This document shows positions 23,901-37,510 of a stretch of DNA of 64,000 nt, one piece after another; position 1 is the stretch's first letter, and every line of letters starts with the position of its first letter. Both the position numbers and the translations under genes were made by a program. The notes under the pieces are model-generated. The model was not told the DNA's origin. It did not search any database and saw nothing but the letters and a program-made list of their open reading frames with translations. This DNA comes from Selaginella moellendorffii (Eukaryota > Plantae > Lycopodiophyta), in the NCBI RefSeq assembly GCF_000143415.4, contig NW_003314267.1, positions 124,001-188,000 on the forward strand, in the 5' to 3' direction.

Positions 23901-26322
23901 TCCCAATGATGGCTTTCTTGACAATGAGTATTTCCTTTTATGACATTGACTTACTATATCGCAACACAAGCAACTTATCCCCCGTAAGGGTATATCCAAC
24001 TTCCTTATGCTATTAAGAAGTCTTGGGTAGCTACCTTCTACCCGTTTAACCAGTTATTTTGCACCTCTTGCTTAGTTGCCTCATAGTTTTCAAGTCCTAC
24101 AACTCATTGCTTGGTGCTTTCACACCTCCATCATTATCTGGGTCACCACACTCCAATTGCATGCTCTGCAGCTTAGGCTATGCCATTCCCATTTCCATTG
24201 GGATTCCTTTGGCAAGGGGTTCTCATGAACCCACCAACATAGCCTCAAGGTATCACACCTTGGCATATTTGGTGTCTCCACACTATCGGCTCCACGAGCC
24301 TACCTCTATGACATTTCCCCTTCGTGTCTAAGTCTTTGCCAAGACCAACACCGCTGTTTCTCATGCCAACCATCCGTTAGCACTGCCCCATAGAGGTCAC
24401 ACACAACTTTATGTCAAAGTTGTTTTCTTCTGGGAACACCTTTCCCATAACTTTAGCATGACATATTTTGCCATCGATGAGATACCCTCTGTTCTCATCC
24501 TTGGATCCTATGATCCCCCCCCATCCTTTGTGGGGTACAACACACCTCAGTCCAAATGCTTCCATCAGTCCTTTTAGGACCATCCCTTGACTCTACTTGA
24601 GTCATCCAGCAGTTTTGGACTTGGTTAATCCACAGACCCGTAAGGTCCTACTTGTGAGGCACTAGCTCACTGGAATATACTTCTTGCATTCCTGTCCTAT
24701 TCAAAAGGACTATTTTCACAAGTGTTACTCCGACACTTGATTTTGTTCTCTGGGGGCAACTTTTGCCCCTTAGGACTACTTGTCCATGCGATGAGAATAC
24801 CACTCATCTCTAAGTACACCCCCCAACTCCTTGGGTTGTTCCAGCATTTATTAAAGGTAGCCCCGACTACCATTTCAAGGACTTGAGTCCTCTTCCGTAT
24901 TTGACCTTCCACGGTCATTACCTTTGGTCTCACATTCATGAGCACCAACCTCAACTATATGAGGATAATCTTATGACTCCTTTATTATTTTGGAGTCTCT
25001 ATCTTTCCCGTGATCCCAACTTTAGTTGTTTACCATAACAATCTTAGCCAATTTGTTGAGACAAATGCTCATCCGGATCACATCCTCAACTCAATGAGGA
25101 AAACCTTGCACTGTTCCCAAGATCCCAAAGTCGTTCCATTATTGGCCCTTTTCTATCCACCACCTCATCTACAAGTTCACACATGAACTGTAATGGAGAG
25201 CCATGTCTTCCCGACTTGCTACTCCTCAAGGATAGGCCCACTCCTCGGACCTTCCGATGCCAACACTAGTGGTGATATACTTGAGCACCAATAAAAGTCG
25301 GACTAAGGAACAGTTCCGATACCAAATTGTAAGCGACTAAATTTTCCATTCTACTTTAGTCACTTAACCACACCTCTGACCACTTAGAGGAGTCTCATTC
25401 ACAACCTCCATAAGTCCAATCCAGGACTTGGGACTTGCTAGCCCCGAGAATGGCATCCATGCCACTCAACATTTGCACTTGGTCCAAGTGCTCCACGTGT
25501 CCGATCCCATGACTGACACTCAAAGGTACCACCGACATAGCAGCCCGTTACACTAAGGCCATGCCCAATCACCTTTGCCACACTGGTAGTCCAATACCAC
25601 TTGCATCACAGTCTTGGCTCTCCAAGACTAGGCAAACCATCCGTGAGTGGTCATCTCAGATCCACTCCTTAGCATCCTCAGGATGCCCACTGACAAGGGG
25701 ATAGCCTTCCCCAATATCCTTCTGTCAGTCCCCACTAAGTCCCTTTCTGCCCCTGGTCGTGTTTGCCAACACTGCCACTGGATCGAGACCCACAGGCCCG
25801 ACCACTAAGTCCCACAGTCCTCTGGGACTTCCTCACCACACGACTGTGTCCTTGGTCACTACCCCAGAGGATTGCTCCTCTTCCTTTCCACAGTCTGGGC
25901 CTTTGGGACAACATTTCGGAACACCGTGGCCTTACGCGAGCCACCTGGGTACTCTCCTCGCCTTTTGCCCTTGGGTGCTCTAGCCATGGGCTTAGAGCGG
26001 GTTCCGTTGAGCCACATCAGGTATCCAAGTAGGTAGTGCCACCCACACTTGGATTGGGAGCATCGGCCAGTCGATCTCCCGGGGGAACTAGAGCCGGCTC
26101 TTGAACACTTCACCAAGCTACCCCGCTTGTCGGTCTGTGTTCACTCTAGTCTTGGACTTCCCAGTGGGCAGCTCATCACCCAACACTGGGTCCGGCCTTC
26201 CTGGGCCAAACTGGCCTTTCCTGGCCAAACTGGCTCCACTACAGTCCTCCCCCTACTATACTTTTGGAGCTCACCAAACCCCCCAGGGTCTGGGAGACGA
26301 ACGCTTTGGGCTTTCACCCTCT

Positions 26323-26862
26323 CAGACTCGAACTCGGACTCGGACTCGGACTCGGACTCGGACTCGGACTCGGACTCGGGCTCGGGCTCGGTCTCGGCCT
26401 CGGCCTCGGTCTCGTTCTCGGTCCTGATCTCGGTCTCGGTCTCGGTCTCGGTCCCGGTCTCGGTCTCGACTTTGGACTCCATCTCGGACTCCATCTCAGA
26501 CTCCATCTCGGACTCCATCTCGGGTCCATCTCGGACTCCATCTCGGGTCCATCTCGGACTCCATCTCGGACTCCATTTCGGGTCCATCTCGGGTCCACCT
26601 CGGACTCCATCTCGGACTCCATTTCGGGTCCATCTTGGGTCCACCTCGGACTCCATCTCGGACTCCATTTCAGGTCCATCTCGGGTCCACCTCGAACTCC
26701 ATCTCGGGTCCATCTCGGACTCCACTTCGGACTCCAACTCGGGTCCATCTCGGACTCCACTTCGGACTCCAACTCGGGTCCATCTCGGACTCCACTTCGG
26801 ACTCCAACTCGAGTCCATCTCGGACTCCACTTCGGACTCCAACTCGAGTCCATCTCGGACAC
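26323..26862. repeat. Same minisatellite in the 5' LTR of W, with a different copy number
   Basis: Fewer GGACTC and GGCCTC units than in the 3' LTR copy, and more of the longer units. Confidence 0.97.
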
Positions 26863-27135
26863 TTCCATGTGTCATGTGTTGGTCCTTTTGGGTCCCTTTT
26901 TGGAGCCTCGCTTTTTGCTCGCTTCGTGCTCGTTCCTCGAGCACTTCTTTGGGAGTTCCACTCCCGCTCTTGACTTTTCAAGTTGGAGCTTTTGGTCCAA
27001 ACGTGTTACGCTCGTTTGGCTCTCGCTTCAGCCACTACCACGTGGCACCCTTTCCGGCTCCACTTTGGGGCCTAGGGATTTTGTGTCTCACATTGAGTTA
27101 GTTGTGTTCTAGACAAGATTTTTTAGTAGGGGTTT

Positions 27136-28807
27136 TGTAAGGTACTAAATTTTCTATTCTACTTTAGTCACTTAACCACACATTCAACCACTTGGAGGAG
27201 TCTCACTCACAACCTCCATAAGTCATATTCTGGATTTAAGGACTTGCTAACCCCAAGAATGGCATTCATGCCACTCAACCATTGCACTTGGTCCAAGTGC
27301 TCCACGTGTCTGATCCCATGACCAACACCCCAAAGTAGTACTGACATACCAATCTGTTACACTAAAGCTATGCCCATTCACCTTGGTCACACTGGTGGTC
27401 TAACACCACCTGCATCACAGTCCTGTCTCTCAAGGACTGGGCCATCCATCCATGAATGACCATCCTAAGTCCACTCCTTAGCATTTTTAAGATGCCCACA
27501 GACATGGGGAATAGCCTTCCCTAATATCCCTTTTATAGTCCCCACCAAGTCCCTTTTCTGTCCATGGCCATGTTCACCAACACTGCCATTGGGACAAGAC
27601 CCATAAGCGTAACTATTAAGTCCTACTATCTTTTAGGTTTTCCTCACCATGTGACTATATCTTTAGTCACTACACTAGAGGATTGCTCCTCTTCCTTTTC
27701 ACAGTCTGGGACTTTGGGATAACATTTCGGAATACCATGGCCTTACGCGAGTCTCATGGGTACTCTCCCCACCTTCTGCCTTTTAGTGCTCTAGCCATGG
27801 GCTTAGAGTGAGGTTCTGTTGAGCCATATTAGGTATCCAAGTAGGTAGTGCACTTCCTAGTGGTTATCCCATACCCCAACACCTGGATATAGCCTTTTTG
27901 GGCCAAACTGGCCTTTCCTGGCCAAACTAGCTCCATTGGAGTCCTCCCTCTACTATGCTTTTGGAGCTCACCAAACCCCCAGGGTTTGGGAGACGAACAC
28001 TTTGGGCTTTCATCCTTGGACTTTCATCCTTGGACTCGAACTTGAACTCGGACTCAGGCTTGGACTTGGACTCGGACTCAGACTCGGACTCAGACTCGGA
28101 CTCAGACTCGGACTCGAACTTGGACTTGGACTTGGACTCGGACTCGGACTCTGACTCGGGCTCAAGCTCCGGCTCGGGCTCGGTCTCAGCCTCGGCCTTA
28201 GTCCCGGTCCCGGTCCTGGTCTCGATGTCGGTCTCGGTCTCAGTCTCGACCTCAGACTCCATCTCGGGTCCTTCTCGGACTCCATCTCGGATTCCATCTT
28301 GGGTCCATTTTGGACTCCATCTCGGATTCCATCTCAGACTCCATCTCGGTCCATCTCGGGTCCATCTCGAGTCCATCTCGGGTCCATCTCAGGTCCGTCT
28401 TAGGTCCATCTCGGACTCCATCTCAATCCATCTCGGACTCCATCTCGGCTCCATCTTGGACTCCATTTCGGATTCCATCTCAATCCATCTCTGACTCCAT
28501 CTGAGGTCCATCTCAGACTCCATCTTGGGTCCATCTCGGGTCCATCTCGAACTCCATCTTGGTCCATCTTGAACTCTACCATGTGTCATGTGTTGGTCCT
28601 CTTGTACCCCTTTTCTAGAAACTCTCTTATTGCTTGCTTCATGCTCGTTCCTTGAGCACTCCGTCTGGAGTTCCACTCTCGCTCTCGACTCTTCAAATCA
28701 GAGCTTTTAGTCCAAATGTGTTATGCTTGTTTGGCTTTTGTTTCAGCCACTACCATGTGGCACACTTTCAGCCCCTCTTTGGGGCCTAGGGATTTTTATG
28801 TCTTATA
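27136..28807 (-). mobile_element. Older solo LTR of the W family
   Basis: Collinear with 19389-21219 over its whole length (tgtaaggtactaaattttc...ttatgtcttata) but clearly more diverged. The TSD is imperfect. Confidence 0.9.
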
Positions 28808-30555
28808 GGGTGGAGCTTTAGCTTTTCCTTGAAAAGTGATTTTGTCATAAATTACGCTAGCTTTATGAGAGGAAGAGTTAGTGATTAATATTGGAATGTT
28901 TAAGTCTTTATTGGATTTGAGTTAGAATATATTGATCATTGATGATTCTTTTCCCGCTTGTTATGAAGTGAGTTACATCTTGCTATAGATGGATTCATAT
29001 AGGATCAGTTTGCTAGTAACTTGTTGAGCATAACTTTGTTATGCTTAGTTTTTGGATTGATGCAAACATGCTCTTCATTAGCTTTAGCATTATGAAGTTT
29101 AGCTTATGGATATGTTGAGGAGGATATTGTGAATTATACCATGATTTCTTCTTTAGCATTGAAAATAGTTCATGCGATACTTGTGATTATTGTTAGGCAA
29201 GACTTAGCTATAAGCTTCTTCAAAGCTTTTGGTTCCTTGAGTTTTCATGTTTATTATTCCATTTACTAAGTGTTGTTAAGGAAGGCATTTTGGCTTATTA
29301 GCTTCAATGTTGAAGTTGGTTTTTGCATCTAGTAATCATTAATGATAATTGACTATCATCTAAGATAGTTGATTATCCTTGTCAAAAGTTTTGTTTGATT
29401 GTTATTCATATAGAATGATTTGTCATTCTTCGGGATGGTAGATTCTTTCTTTGATGATGATTACGTATATCTTCATTGATGGGATGATTGATGTTCTTTC
29501 ATGATAGTTAGTTGTTCTTTTTAATGGATTATGGCTTTTCGCAATTACATATATTCTTTGTGGTTTGCTTTAAATTAGTCTTTTGGGTTTGAGACATTAG
29601 TAAAATGTTGCTGACGTTTGTTTAAGCAACTTGAATTCCTTCATATTGTTGACCGGAATTTATTCAAATTGGCTAGTGCAATAATTAGCATAATCAAGTG
29701 TTTGTTGGTTTTGCCACGTTCATTTTGTTTTGTTGATTGTTGTTATGGTTAGTTTTAATAGATTGAATGTTATTTCCTTTAGGTGATACATTCGTGAGTA
29801 TTTTGCTTGTCAATCAATGATACTTTATGTTCTTTGAGTTATCTTATGTAAATTGTTTAGTATGCTATTTGAAATCTTTGATAATTAAGTTTTATCATCA
29901 AGTGTTATTGATGATATATTTACTATTGAATTTTGATGGATAGTGAATATTATGTTTTTCAACTATAGTGATCTTGGTGGTTCCTGTACACTAATACTAG
30001 TTTATGGAATGATAACTTACTTGGAACACTTTTGTGTTTAAATCTAAGCTTTATTCATTGATAATTAAGCCTCTAAGATATCATTGTCTTTGACTTTAAT
30101 ATTGTCCATCTAATGATATTTGAGTTTGGGCTAGTATAGGTAGACTAGTTTTAGCACTTCATATGTATGGTAAAATCTTTAGTCATGGGGTAACTATTGT
30201 CGACTAATCACATCACCTACTTCTCTGTTGATATTCCTTATTTCGTTAAAAAGGCATGACCATGTAAACGACTCTAATTTTTTGTTTATAGTAGTCTATC
30301 TAAACCTTACTGATATGTTTGGTTTCTTTGCTTATGAGGATTGGAGCCTCTAGCTTCTCTCTCTATGCCACCTATGGGCAGGGGCATATCACACTTTTGT
30401 AAGCTAGGTGACACCCAGAGTAGCAAGGGTGGCTAACTTTGTTGGTCATTTCCTTGTCAGCGATGGTTGGAAGATATCTGCGTTTACAGTGCATCCTTGT
30501 TAGACAAAGAGGTTACCTTAACTCATTTAAGTTGGTATATTTCTCACATAGTGTG

Positions 30556-33500
30556 TGTCAGGAATCCCCCAATTCTTGCCACATTCCTGACTCTCGCCAG
30601 ATTCCTGACCCCGCAGACCACATTCTTGACTCTCGAGACACTTCTCTATTCCTGACTCTCTAATTTCCCGTACAATTCCTGATTCTCGAACCACATTCCT
30701 AATAATGACATGGCACCTTCTCGACCTCAGCTATATTTAGGCCGTCCTCAATCCAAGAGTGGTGGAGCTTCATCAACCTATAGTATATATAGGTTAGCTT
30801 TGTTCCATTTCTCCACAATTGGAATCAATACCAGTCTAAGGTCTTGTTGCAGGACGTTGCTCGAAGGTGCAACTTTGTCATGGTTTTCTCCTCTCTTGGA
30901 GAAGAGCATGAAAGGGGTCGTGGTTTCGGAGCTAATGGATCTTTAGTTGTTCAAAGAGAAGCTTGAAGCATGTTTTGGTGAGATGGATCGGGTTCGAGCT
31001 GCCACTATAAAGATGAGATGTCTCTCTCAGGGGTCTCGTCCTGCCTCGATCTATGCTACAGAGTTCCAACTCCTTGCCTTGGACACTCAGTGGGATGAGG
31101 AGGCCTTAATTGATCAATTTTGTTTTGGCCTCAATAATGGTGTCAAGGATTTATTGCTCACCATTGAGGATCCCACGGACCTGTCGGATGCCATAACAAA
31201 GCTGTTCGATGTGACAATCGTCTCTTTGAACATCGTCAGGAAAGTTGCCATGCCACCATTTTCCCATCCCAGACCCAGGAATCCCAGCTTGAGTCTTTGG
31301 GGCATACTCCTGAACCTACTACTCTGGTCCCGATGGATATTTTTGGTACTCTCTGACTCCTCAGAGGGAAGCTGAGTCCTGTTAAGAAGCAATGTCGAGT
31401 ATCTTAGAATCTTTGCCTCTATTGTGTTGATCCTAATCACAAAGTAGTTGTATATCCCAAGAAGCCTCCCCGACTGCTCAAGTTCACTCTGCCTCAAGGT
31501 CCACCTCTGTTGTAGTCGGGAAACGACCCTGTCCAAATAGAGTAAGAGCTATCTATTTAGACTCCCCGAATAAAAATCACTTTTCTTCTTTATCAAGCTC
31601 CTCACCACCTTTCATCAAAGCCACCACCAATTCTCACAACTTCCGCATCCCATGTCTTCTTTCTTTCACCAGACAATCAGGACTCAAGGCTTTAGCGCTA
31701 CTAGACTCAGGTGCAACTTCCTGCTTCATGGACACGGACTTTGCTGCCCGACATCATGTTCCTCTGTCTCCTACCATACGGGATTTGAGGGTTGAAGGCA
31801 TCGGCGGGTATTTTGTGTTTCCATCTTCTAGACTTAGGGAAACGTTACCTATTTGAGTACACATGGGGTCCACTATCACTGATATCACCTTCAACATCAT
31901 CAACAGCAAGCCCTCCTCTGTGGTGCTTGGCCTTCTTTGGTTCCAAATGCATCAGCCTCAGATCTGTTGTAAGGAATTACAGTTTGTCTCTCCCACATCA
32001 CCATCTCCCACGTCTTCCTCTGCTGTTCATCGAGTTTGAATCAGGAAAAGTTCCCTAAACTCAAATCAAGGTTCTATTCCTAACTCTACGAAGTTTTCAC
32101 CCTCTTTGCTCACTCTTCTTTTCCCTCCCATCTTACACTAGACAGTATCCTCGTCCCATCATTCCATTCAGTCGTACGCCTCCTCCTATCTCCACAATCA
32201 CTATGAAAGAACTCCTTCACAAAGAACTTGTTTTCCTTTTTGCTTTGCATGTTTCTCTTGTCAGTCTTCTTGAGAAGTATCATGATTTTGAGGATATGTT
32301 TGGCAAGAAAAAAGCTAGTGTAATACCTATTCATCTGTGTTATGGCTGTCCCATTAATTTAGAGGAAGGAACGTCACCTCCGTGGGGGCTTATCTACAGG
32401 TTATGCCTGTCCGAGCTTAAGGCCCTCAAAGAGTACATGGATAAGAACCTTGCATTGGGGTACATTTAGCATTCGCAATCCCCGGCTAGAGCAGCTATCT
32501 TCTTTGTCAAGAAGAAGGGTGGGAGTTTGTGGTTAGTCATCAACTACCGAGGTTTGAACAATGTGACTATTCGGAACAGTTATCTGTTGCCCCTGATCTT
32601 GGACCTATTAGAACGCTTCGATAGTGCCCGCTTCTTCGCTAAGATTGACCTCCATGGAGCATACAACCTGATCCGGATCTAGCTTGGCACTCCTAAAGGT
32701 AGCACGATGGATCCTGCCAAAGTCAAGACTATTCTTGAATGGGAACCTCCACAATTAATATCAGATGTTTAGGTTTTCCTTGGCTTTACCAACTTCTACC
32801 GCAAATTCATTGATCACTACTCCAACATTGTCTTTCCTCTCACGCATCTCACTCACAAGGATGTTCTCTTCTCTTGGTTTACTGCTGCCCAACAAGCCTT
32901 CAACACACTCAAGGTAGCCTTCAGTTCTGCTCCCGTCTTGATCCACGCTGATCCCTCACAACCTTTCTTCATCGAGGCAGATGCCTCCAACTTTGCCATC
33001 GGTGCTGTGCTGTCTCAACTTGGAGTGGATCAGGAATTTCATCCGGTTGCTTTCCATTCTCAGAAATTCCAGCTTGTGGAGATTAATTACGAAATCCACG
33101 ACAAGAAGCTCCTTGGTATCACGGATTCCTTTGGAGAGTGGCGTCATTTCTTGGAGGGGGCGAGCCATCAAACAATGGTCTAGACGGATCACAAAAATTT
33201 CAAGTACTTTGCCACTTCTTGAGTTTTGAGCTATTGTCATGCAAGGTGGGCACAATTCCTGAGTTGGTTTGACTTTGTTATCAAGTACAAACTTGGAAAG
33301 CTTCAAGGCCTTCCTGATGCTCTTTCAAGGCGCTCTTATCTCAATCTCAAGCCTGGTAATCCTGCCTTCGATCAACAAGATCATGTTATCCTCGATCCTG
33401 ATCGGCTTCAAATTATGGCAATTTCCCTGGCCCCTCAGGACTCCTCCTTGATGGATGCGATCAAAAATGATCTTCAATCCAACAACCTCGCTAGAGACAT

Positions 33501-35371
33501 TTTCCCCCATCTTCAAGCTAGACACCCAGTGACTCCCGACTGCTGGTGATTTGACGGGTTCGAGTTCTTAAATGGCTTGTTGTACCGTGGGGAGCAGCTT
33601 TACATTCCTAAAGGTGATGCTCGAAGGTTGGTCCTAATGGCGTGCCACGATAGGCCGGCTGTTGGTCACTTTGGCATTACAAAAACCTATGAGTTGGTTG
33701 CACGGGACTTTTGGTGGCCTCACATGGACGACTACATCAAAGCTTTTGTTATCTCCTGTGACACTTGCGCCCAAAATAAGTACCTCACCACCTTCCTTCA
33801 AGTTTGCTTCATTCCCTCTTGGTCCCTTCAGGTCCTTGGGAATTCATCTCTATGGATTTCTTGAGTGATCTTCCAAGTTCTAGAGGCTTCAACAGCATTT
33901 TAGTTGTGGTGGATCACTTCACAAAGATGGTGCATTTTCTACCGTGTACCAAGGATTTTTTAGGTGAGGACATGGCAAAATTGGTATTTAGGGAAATTTT
34001 CCGACTTCATGGGATTCCTGCAGATGTGGTTTCGGATCAGGGACCTCAGTGCATCTCTCATTTCTAGCAATGGTTCTTGCAGCTACTTGGAGTAAAGGCC
34101 AACCTCTCTTCGGCGTATCATCCTCAAATTGATGGACAGTCCGAGCAAACGATTCAAATGTTGGAACAATTTCTAAGGTGCTTCATCAACTATCATCAAG
34201 ATGACTGGTTCAATATCCTTCTCCTTATTGAGTTCTTTTATAACAACTCCATTCACTCCTCATTTCGAGTTTCCCCCTTCTTTGAAAACTCTGGCCAAAA
34301 TCCGAAATTCAATCTCTCACTTCGTTCTCCATCTGAATCCTATTGTTCAAATCCCTGCTCTGAGGCATTTATCTCCAACCTTCAGGAAATCCACAACTCC
34401 ATCTCCTTCCACCTCTATCGTGCTCAGGAATCTCACAAAATATTCGCCAATATCCATCGTCAGGATTGTCCTCTTTACAATATCGGGGATAAAGTCTAGC
34501 TCCTCAGATGAAATATCTCCACCTCCAGGCCATGTCCCAAACTCGATCTCAAATGCCTCAATCCTTTCCCTATCATTGCCATCATTAATCCTGTCACTTA
34601 TCGCCTTGCACTTCCCTCCTCATATCAAATTCACCCGTTTTTCACTCCTCTCTCCTTGAGCCTTATATTCCCAGTCCTATTCCAAATCGGGTCATTCCTC
34701 TGCCTCCACCAATGTAGCATGAGGATGGGTCTGAGTATGAGGTTCAGGACATCCTTGATTCCAAGGTTTCATGGTCTAAACTCTACTATCTGGTAGATTG
34801 GAAGGGTTATGGACTTGAGGAATGCACTTGGGAACCTGCGGACAACCTGATTCATTCTCCTGACCTTGTTCACGACTTCCACTGCCGCTATCTTTCTCGT
34901 CCCAGTCCTCATTCTTTTCATTCTCCATCTCCCATCCCTCAACACCTATCACATCCTCCTCTTCATTCTCATTCATGTCTTCGTTCCACTCGTTCTTAAG
35001 GAGGGGGTGCTGTCAGGAATCCCCCAATTCTTGCCACATTCCTGACTCTCACCGGATTCCTAACCCACAGACCACATTCTTGACTCTCGAGACACTTCCC
35101 TATTCTTGACTCTCTAATTTCCCGTACAATTCCTGATTCTCGAACCACATTCTTGATGATGATATGGCACCTCCTTGACCTTAGCTATATTTAGGCCGTC
35201 CTTGATCCAAGAGTGGTGGAGCTTCATCAACCTATAGTATATAGAGGTTAGCCTTGTTCCATTTCTCCACAATCTAAATCAACTCTAGTCTAAAGCGTTT
35301 TCTTCATCTCCACTTGTTTTTCTCTTTGTCTTCTGCATTTTCCAGTCCTGATCTTGTTGGGGGTCTTGACA
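30556..35371 (+). mobile_element. Chromovirus (Ty3/Gypsy, Tcn1-like) V, decayed: 5' LTR 30556-~30840 (truncated), gag, protease, RT with internal deletion, RNaseH, integrase, chromodomain, PPT, 3' LTR 35011-35371
   Basis: LLDSGATSCF protease; KIDLHGAYNLIRI; EADASNFAIGAVLSQ; CHDRPAVGHFG...CDTC; SSAYHPQIDGQSE; chromodomain EYEVQDILDSK...YLVDWKGYGLEECTWEPADNL. Termini TGTCA..TGACA, TSD gtgtg/atgtg. Confidence 0.92.
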
Positions 35372-37510
35372 ATGTGATCATTGTGAACTTTTTCTGGAGT
35401 TGTTTCCTTGGCAGTGGTCTAAACTTGAGTATGCATCGACGAAAACGTCGATCTTTCCTAAGGGGGGGAGAGTGTCGCGAATGTGACTTTAGGTATTGAA
35501 AGTTACCTGTTAGTTAGTCCTTTCGGATATTCTTTCCTTACTGCCACAATGGCAGGAGACTGGTATTGCTAGACCCATTGTTAGTCTCTATTTAAGCTAG
35601 TTGAAAAACTGGTCTTCACATGTGCACTTGATCAAATGAGCATAAGGACAAAATTCCTGAGTGCTAGTAGTTAAGCATATTTAACCTGGTTAGAGAAACT
35701 CATTCGTTGACTTGCACCTGCTAGTTTAGGAACCCCCCCAATATTGAGATTGCTCCCTCAATATTTGCCAAATGATAGGTTATCATATTTGTTAAACATT
35801 CTCGCTATCATGCCCTTTGTGTTAGTCTTATTCTAATCCCAAATACTAATTATGGAAAGTGTCTAGATTTGCTCATTTGGCATATCTATGGAATGTAGAG
35901 ATTGTCTTGAATACAATGGTGTTTGTCCCATGTCCAAATTCGCAATCTAGAGATATTCCATATTTAGTAGGGGGGGGGGGGAGTGGTGGTGGTTCCAAAT
36001 GTATAGTAGGGATAGTGGGTAGGTTGGACATGGCCGACCAACTTGAGGTATAGTTTAGCTCTTGCTTGCATGTTTGTCCTTGTTCTGCATTTGGCTTGGG
36101 TGTAAACCCAAGTTCTATACCATGCTAGATGGTGGAGTACCCATATCCTCGTGTTAGGCCATCAGTACGCTGAAAATAGCACTAGACTTTGTTTGGCTTC
36201 ATTTTGCATGTTGGTCCTGGCATTGGGATGCTAGATGCTCTAGAACTGTTCCAAGTCACTTCGTGCTTCTATGTTCTAGAACTGTTCCAAGTTGCTCCTT
36301 GGGCCATATACTCAGGAATTGTACTGTGGTCCAATTTCGTCACTCCTTGGCTCTATGTTTGGGAGTTTGGCACCATTCCTTTGTTCAGTGGCCTAAGGCT
36401 TTGAAACTTGGGTTCCGTGCCACTATCCTTTGGATATGTGGCATATGGAGGGTTTAGATTCTACTTCGTGATTATCCTATGGTAAATCACCATAAGACAA
36501 AGGTAGAAACCACATGCACTACAAACTTTAAACCAACTTCTCATAATTGATCTAACAGTTTACAAACATCATGGACATGTTCCTCTCATGTCCCCTTTGA
36601 GTGGATCAAGATATCATCAATAAGGTTAGTAGTCACCTCCAGTATATCGTAAAGAACTTCATCCATTATCTGCTAGAAAGTCGCTAAAGCATTATTCAAA
36701 CCAAACAACATCACCAAAAACTCATATAAACCAAATAGTGTATGAAAAGTAGTCTTCAGAAAATATCTTCTTTCACCATCGGTACTTACTAGTACCCAAA
36801 AGCAAGATTTAACTTGGTGAGTTAACAACTTCTCCCCTGATGATCCAAAAGATCAACAATGTGAGGAAGAGGGTACACATTTGGGATCGTCACTTTGTTT
36901 AACAGATGATAGTTGATGCAAAAATAAATACTCTTATCAGACTTCATCACAAGATGAGGTTCACATGCCTAAGGACTCTGCGACTTTCGAATAACACCCC
37001 CAACATCTCCTTGACATTTACATGTAAAATCTTGATGTTTTTGGGTGACCGATGACAAACAAGAACCTTGATTGGATGAGCATCCCTAGTTGAAATGGAT
37101 AATATGTGACAATTTTGGCCTTAGACAATAGGTCAAATTCAAAAAGATCAGCATACTTCTTCATAACCCAGTCAACCGCTACAACACAAAGACCGTCAAA
37201 GGGATCAGAAAAGGGAAGAGCAAAATAAAATGAAAACATAATAGGAAGTAATGCGGAGAGAAAAGTAATGAAAGTAGAGGTAGAAGTAAAGGGATGAAGA
37301 AGTATAAAAGTGAGAGGACTAAATAAATATAAAGAAGTATAAGACAAGGGGGAAAAGCCTCAAAATCACATTTGGCATGATTGCATTGCAATCAATCCAT
37401 ACTAAGGATGAGGTCAAAAGCTTCATTTGGCACCACCTGCAATGACTACAACTCAAGCTCGAAATCGCCCACATGCACAACTAAGTCCACCTTATCCCAT
37501 GCAAATGTAT

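Larger units (their letters stand above)
19389..27092 (-). mobile_element. Full-length non-autonomous LTR retroelement W (LTRs 19389-21219 and 25328-27092, TSD TTGAG)
   Basis: TG..CA termini and an exact 5-bp TSD at 19384-19388 / 27093-27097. Met-type PBS tggtatcgga next to the 5' LTR and PPT gggtggtggagt next to the 3' LTR. The LTRs are nearly identical, but the 4.1 kb interior has no long ORF. Confidence 0.95.
17764..36499 (+). mobile_element. Old Gypsy-like LTR element Z (LTR homology 17764-18287 vs 35473-35969), internal region fully degenerate and interrupted by three insertions; 3' end approximate
   Basis: Both LTRs start tgtc(a/g)cgaatgtgactt. PPT aagggggggagag lies immediately before 35473, and there is an RT-like remnant near 29040. 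No TSD was found. Confidence 0.72.
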
